From: Caecitellus pseudoparvulus
Taxonomy: Eukaryota; Protista; Bigyra: Bicosoecida
Length of the DNA stretch: 64,000 nucleotides
Assembly (NCBI GenBank): GCA_965644315.1
Contig: CBFFRQ010000064.1
Coordinates: 325,863-389,862, forward strand
Reading direction: 5' to 3'
The position numbers and the translations under genes are program-made. Positions 63,705 to 64,000 of the stretch are shown here, in pieces (positions within the stretch are counted from its first letter, which is position 1; each line of letters starts with the position of its first letter). The notes beneath the pieces were generated by a model that did not search any database, was not told the origin of the DNA, and worked only from the letters and a program-made list of their open reading frames with translations.

Positions 63705-64000
63705 ATGGCAAGGAGGCTGAGCGAGGATGACATGGTCCTCCTTGCAATTGCAGCTGGAACGGCTGCCGTGGTGCCTCTGATATTTCTGAGCGAGGGCACG
63801 GCATCACTGCGAGCTTCCCGCATGCTGGCTTCGACGCAGGAAATCGCAGCCGACGCTGCACCAGAGCACTTTGAGAAGATGTGGGCCCAGGAGGAGCGCA
63901 GCATGCAGCGGAATTTCGGCTGGCTCATGAACACTGTCTCTGCCGTCGGGCTGGAAGGCCTGAATCCTTGGATCGACGCTTCCCTGCGGTGGGTCTTTGG
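63705..64000 (+). CDS. Hypothetical protein, 3'-truncated by the window edge
   Basis: MARRLSEDDMVLLAIAAGTAAVVPLIFL... open to the window end, with an N-terminal hydrophobic segment. Confidence 0.55.
   Translation, partial: MARRLSEDDMVLLAIAAGTAAVVPLIFLSEGTASLRASRMLASTQEIAADAAPEHFEKMWAQEERSMQRNFGWLMNTVSAVGLEGLNPWIDASLRWVF

Overview
Eukaryotic, GC-rich, extremely gene-dense DNA: about 38 protein genes in 64 kb, short GT-AG introns (mostly about 45-260 nt), and stop codons of convergent genes often under 50 bp apart. Ubiquitin sequence style, a Dam1/DASH subunit and ciliary coiled-coil genes suggest a flagellated protist, probably a stramenopile (inference). Recognisable genes: NDPK, FMC1, a Gfo/Idh/MocA oxidoreductase, a tandem CCCH zinc finger, GnT-I/MGAT1, a bZIP factor, AP-1 gamma adaptin, CCDC13-like, (6-4) photolyase/cryptochrome, XAP5/FAM50, PNO1, coronin, a mitochondrial carrier, RNase T2, an ABHD hydrolase, SERGEF/Ats1-like RCC1 protein, TMF1-like golgin, NudC, Dad2 and nicalin. 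The standout is a 7-kb minus-strand ubiquitin cluster (30849-37894). Four near-identical polyubiquitin genes (3, 3, 5 and 6 units, all with Ala at the Ser65 phosphosite) sit downstream of a fifth, divergent three-unit gene. That fifth gene is predicted to yield a non-cleavable 157-aa tandem di-ubiquitin ending in LRLRGG (ISG15/FAT10-like architecture) plus a non-conjugatable ubiquitin-like tail. No rRNA, tRNA, CRISPR or transposon was recognised. Exon structures were deduced by eye, and family calls come from recalled motifs, not database searches.
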